Program-made: the position numbers and the translations under genes
DNA from: Cetorhinus maximus
Taxonomy: Eukaryota
Length of the DNA: 64,000 bases
Direction of reading: 5' to 3'
Assembly: GCF_964194155.1 (NCBI RefSeq)
Contig: NC_135888.1
Span: 61,504,001-61,568,000 of the forward strand
Part shown: one piece after another, positions 62,700 through 64,000 of the stretch
Position numbering within the stretch: position 1 is the stretch's first letter
Layout of the letters: each line of letters opens with the position of its first letter
Notes under the pieces: generated by a model
Seen by the model: the letters and a program-made list of their open reading frames with translations, nothing else
Databases searched by the model: none
What the model was told of the DNA's origin: nothing

Positions 62700-63455
62700 G
62701 TAACATTCGCGCCACACAAGTGTCAGGCAATGGCCATCTTCAACAAGAGAGAATCTAACCATCACCTATTGACATTCATTGCTGAACCCACTATCAACAT
62801 CCTGGGGGTTACCATTGACCAGAAACTGAACTGGACTAGCTATATAAATACTGTGGCTACAAGAGCAGGTCAGAGGCTAGGAATTCTGTGGCGAGTAACT
62901 CACCTCCTGATTCCCTAAAGCTTGTCCACCATCTACAAGGCACAAGTCAGGAGTGTGATGGAATACTGTCCACTTGCATGGATGAGTGCAGCTCCAAAAG
63001 CACTCAAGAAGCCTGACACCATCTAGGACAAAGCAGCCTGCTTGATTGGCACCACATCCACAAACATTCACTCTCTTCACCATTGGCGTACAGTGGCCAC
63101 AGTGTGTACCATCTACAAGATGCACTGCAGGAATTCACCAAGGCTCCTTAGGTAGTCAAACCCATAACCACTACCATCTAGAAGGACAAGGGCAGCAGAT
63201 AGATGGGAACATCACCACTTGGAAGTTTCCCTCCAAGTCACTCACCATCCTGACTTGGAAAGATATCGCCAATCCTTCACTGTCACTGGGTCAAAATCCT
63301 CAAACTCACTCCCTAACAGCACTGTGGGTGTACCTACATCACATGGACTGCAGTGGTTCAAGAAGGCAGCTCACCACCACCTTCTCAAGGGCAGTTAGGG
63401 ATGAGCAATAAATGTTGACCTAGCCAGCGATGCCCACATCCCGTGAATGAATAAA
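62700..63455 (+). mobile_element. Second CR1-superfamily LINE, RT C-terminus and 3' UTR
   Basis: INILGVTIDQKLNW...QRLGILWR, YKAQVRSVMEY, and the shared 3' UTR. Confidence 0.88.
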
Positions 63456-64000
63456 ACAAAGCTTGCTCAGGTTTAATAATATATAAGCAATAATATATAA
63501 GCAACGACAACACTATAGGCTTGTCAGTGTTTTAAGCTCATGACCTTATTTTTGCCCATCTCTACAATCACTAGGTTACAGTGCCCCCAAACTCTCTGTT
63601 TCTCTGACCGCAGCCTCTTGTGCATCCATCTCTTATTCACTCCACCTCTGCAGTCATGCCTTTAGCAATCCCACTCTGTGAAATTTCCTTCTTATTCATT
63701 GGTAATAAATGCTTGCCTTGTCACCAATGCTCACATCCCATGATCTCGATAAATGATGAAGCAGGCTCGAGGGGTTAAATGGCTTACTTTTACTCCTATT
63801 GCCTCTTTGAAAGTGGTGGTGAACCACCTTCCTAAAGCTCAATAGTCTATGTGGTGAAGGTACTCCCACAGAGCTGTTGCGTACACAGGATTTTGACGCA
63901 GCAATAATGAAGGAATGGTCATATATCAGATCACCTATCGCATGGTCAGATTAGTCTGCCCGCCCTTCAAAGTAATACCTCGAGCTGAAGCAATATTCGA

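Noticed and set aside
59523-64000. Further upstream SLC34A1 exons
   Set aside because: No matching coding sequence found by eye; presumably beyond the window.

Overview
Eukaryotic, repeat-rich vertebrate DNA, most likely from a cartilaginous fish (inferred from HE1/V-SINE and Deu-domain SINEs, shark-type CR1 LINEs and Penelope-like termini). Two spliced protein-coding genes lie on the minus strand. (1) A complete 3-coding-exon, 369-aa aminergic class A GPCR (26811-26537, 24795-24619, 23179-22522) that I cannot assign to a named mammalian receptor; it has a candidate 5' non-coding exon and a TATA/CCAAT/CRE promoter. (2) The 3' half (5 exons, 59522-49794) of a type II Na/phosphate cotransporter, most like SLC34A1 (NaPi-IIa); its upstream exons lie beyond the window. 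The rest is nested transposons: a decayed Gypsy element (LTR, tRNA-Ser PBS, gag-pol) carrying three MITEs and cut by a CR1 LINE; many PIF/Harbinger-like MITEs with internal palindrome arrays; Penelope-like termini with minimal hammerhead ribozyme motifs; an env-like fragment plus LTR; solo LTRs; CR1/L2 LINEs; tRNA SINEs. Most ORFs in the supplied track are spurious. All family assignments come from reading and recalling motifs; no searches were run.
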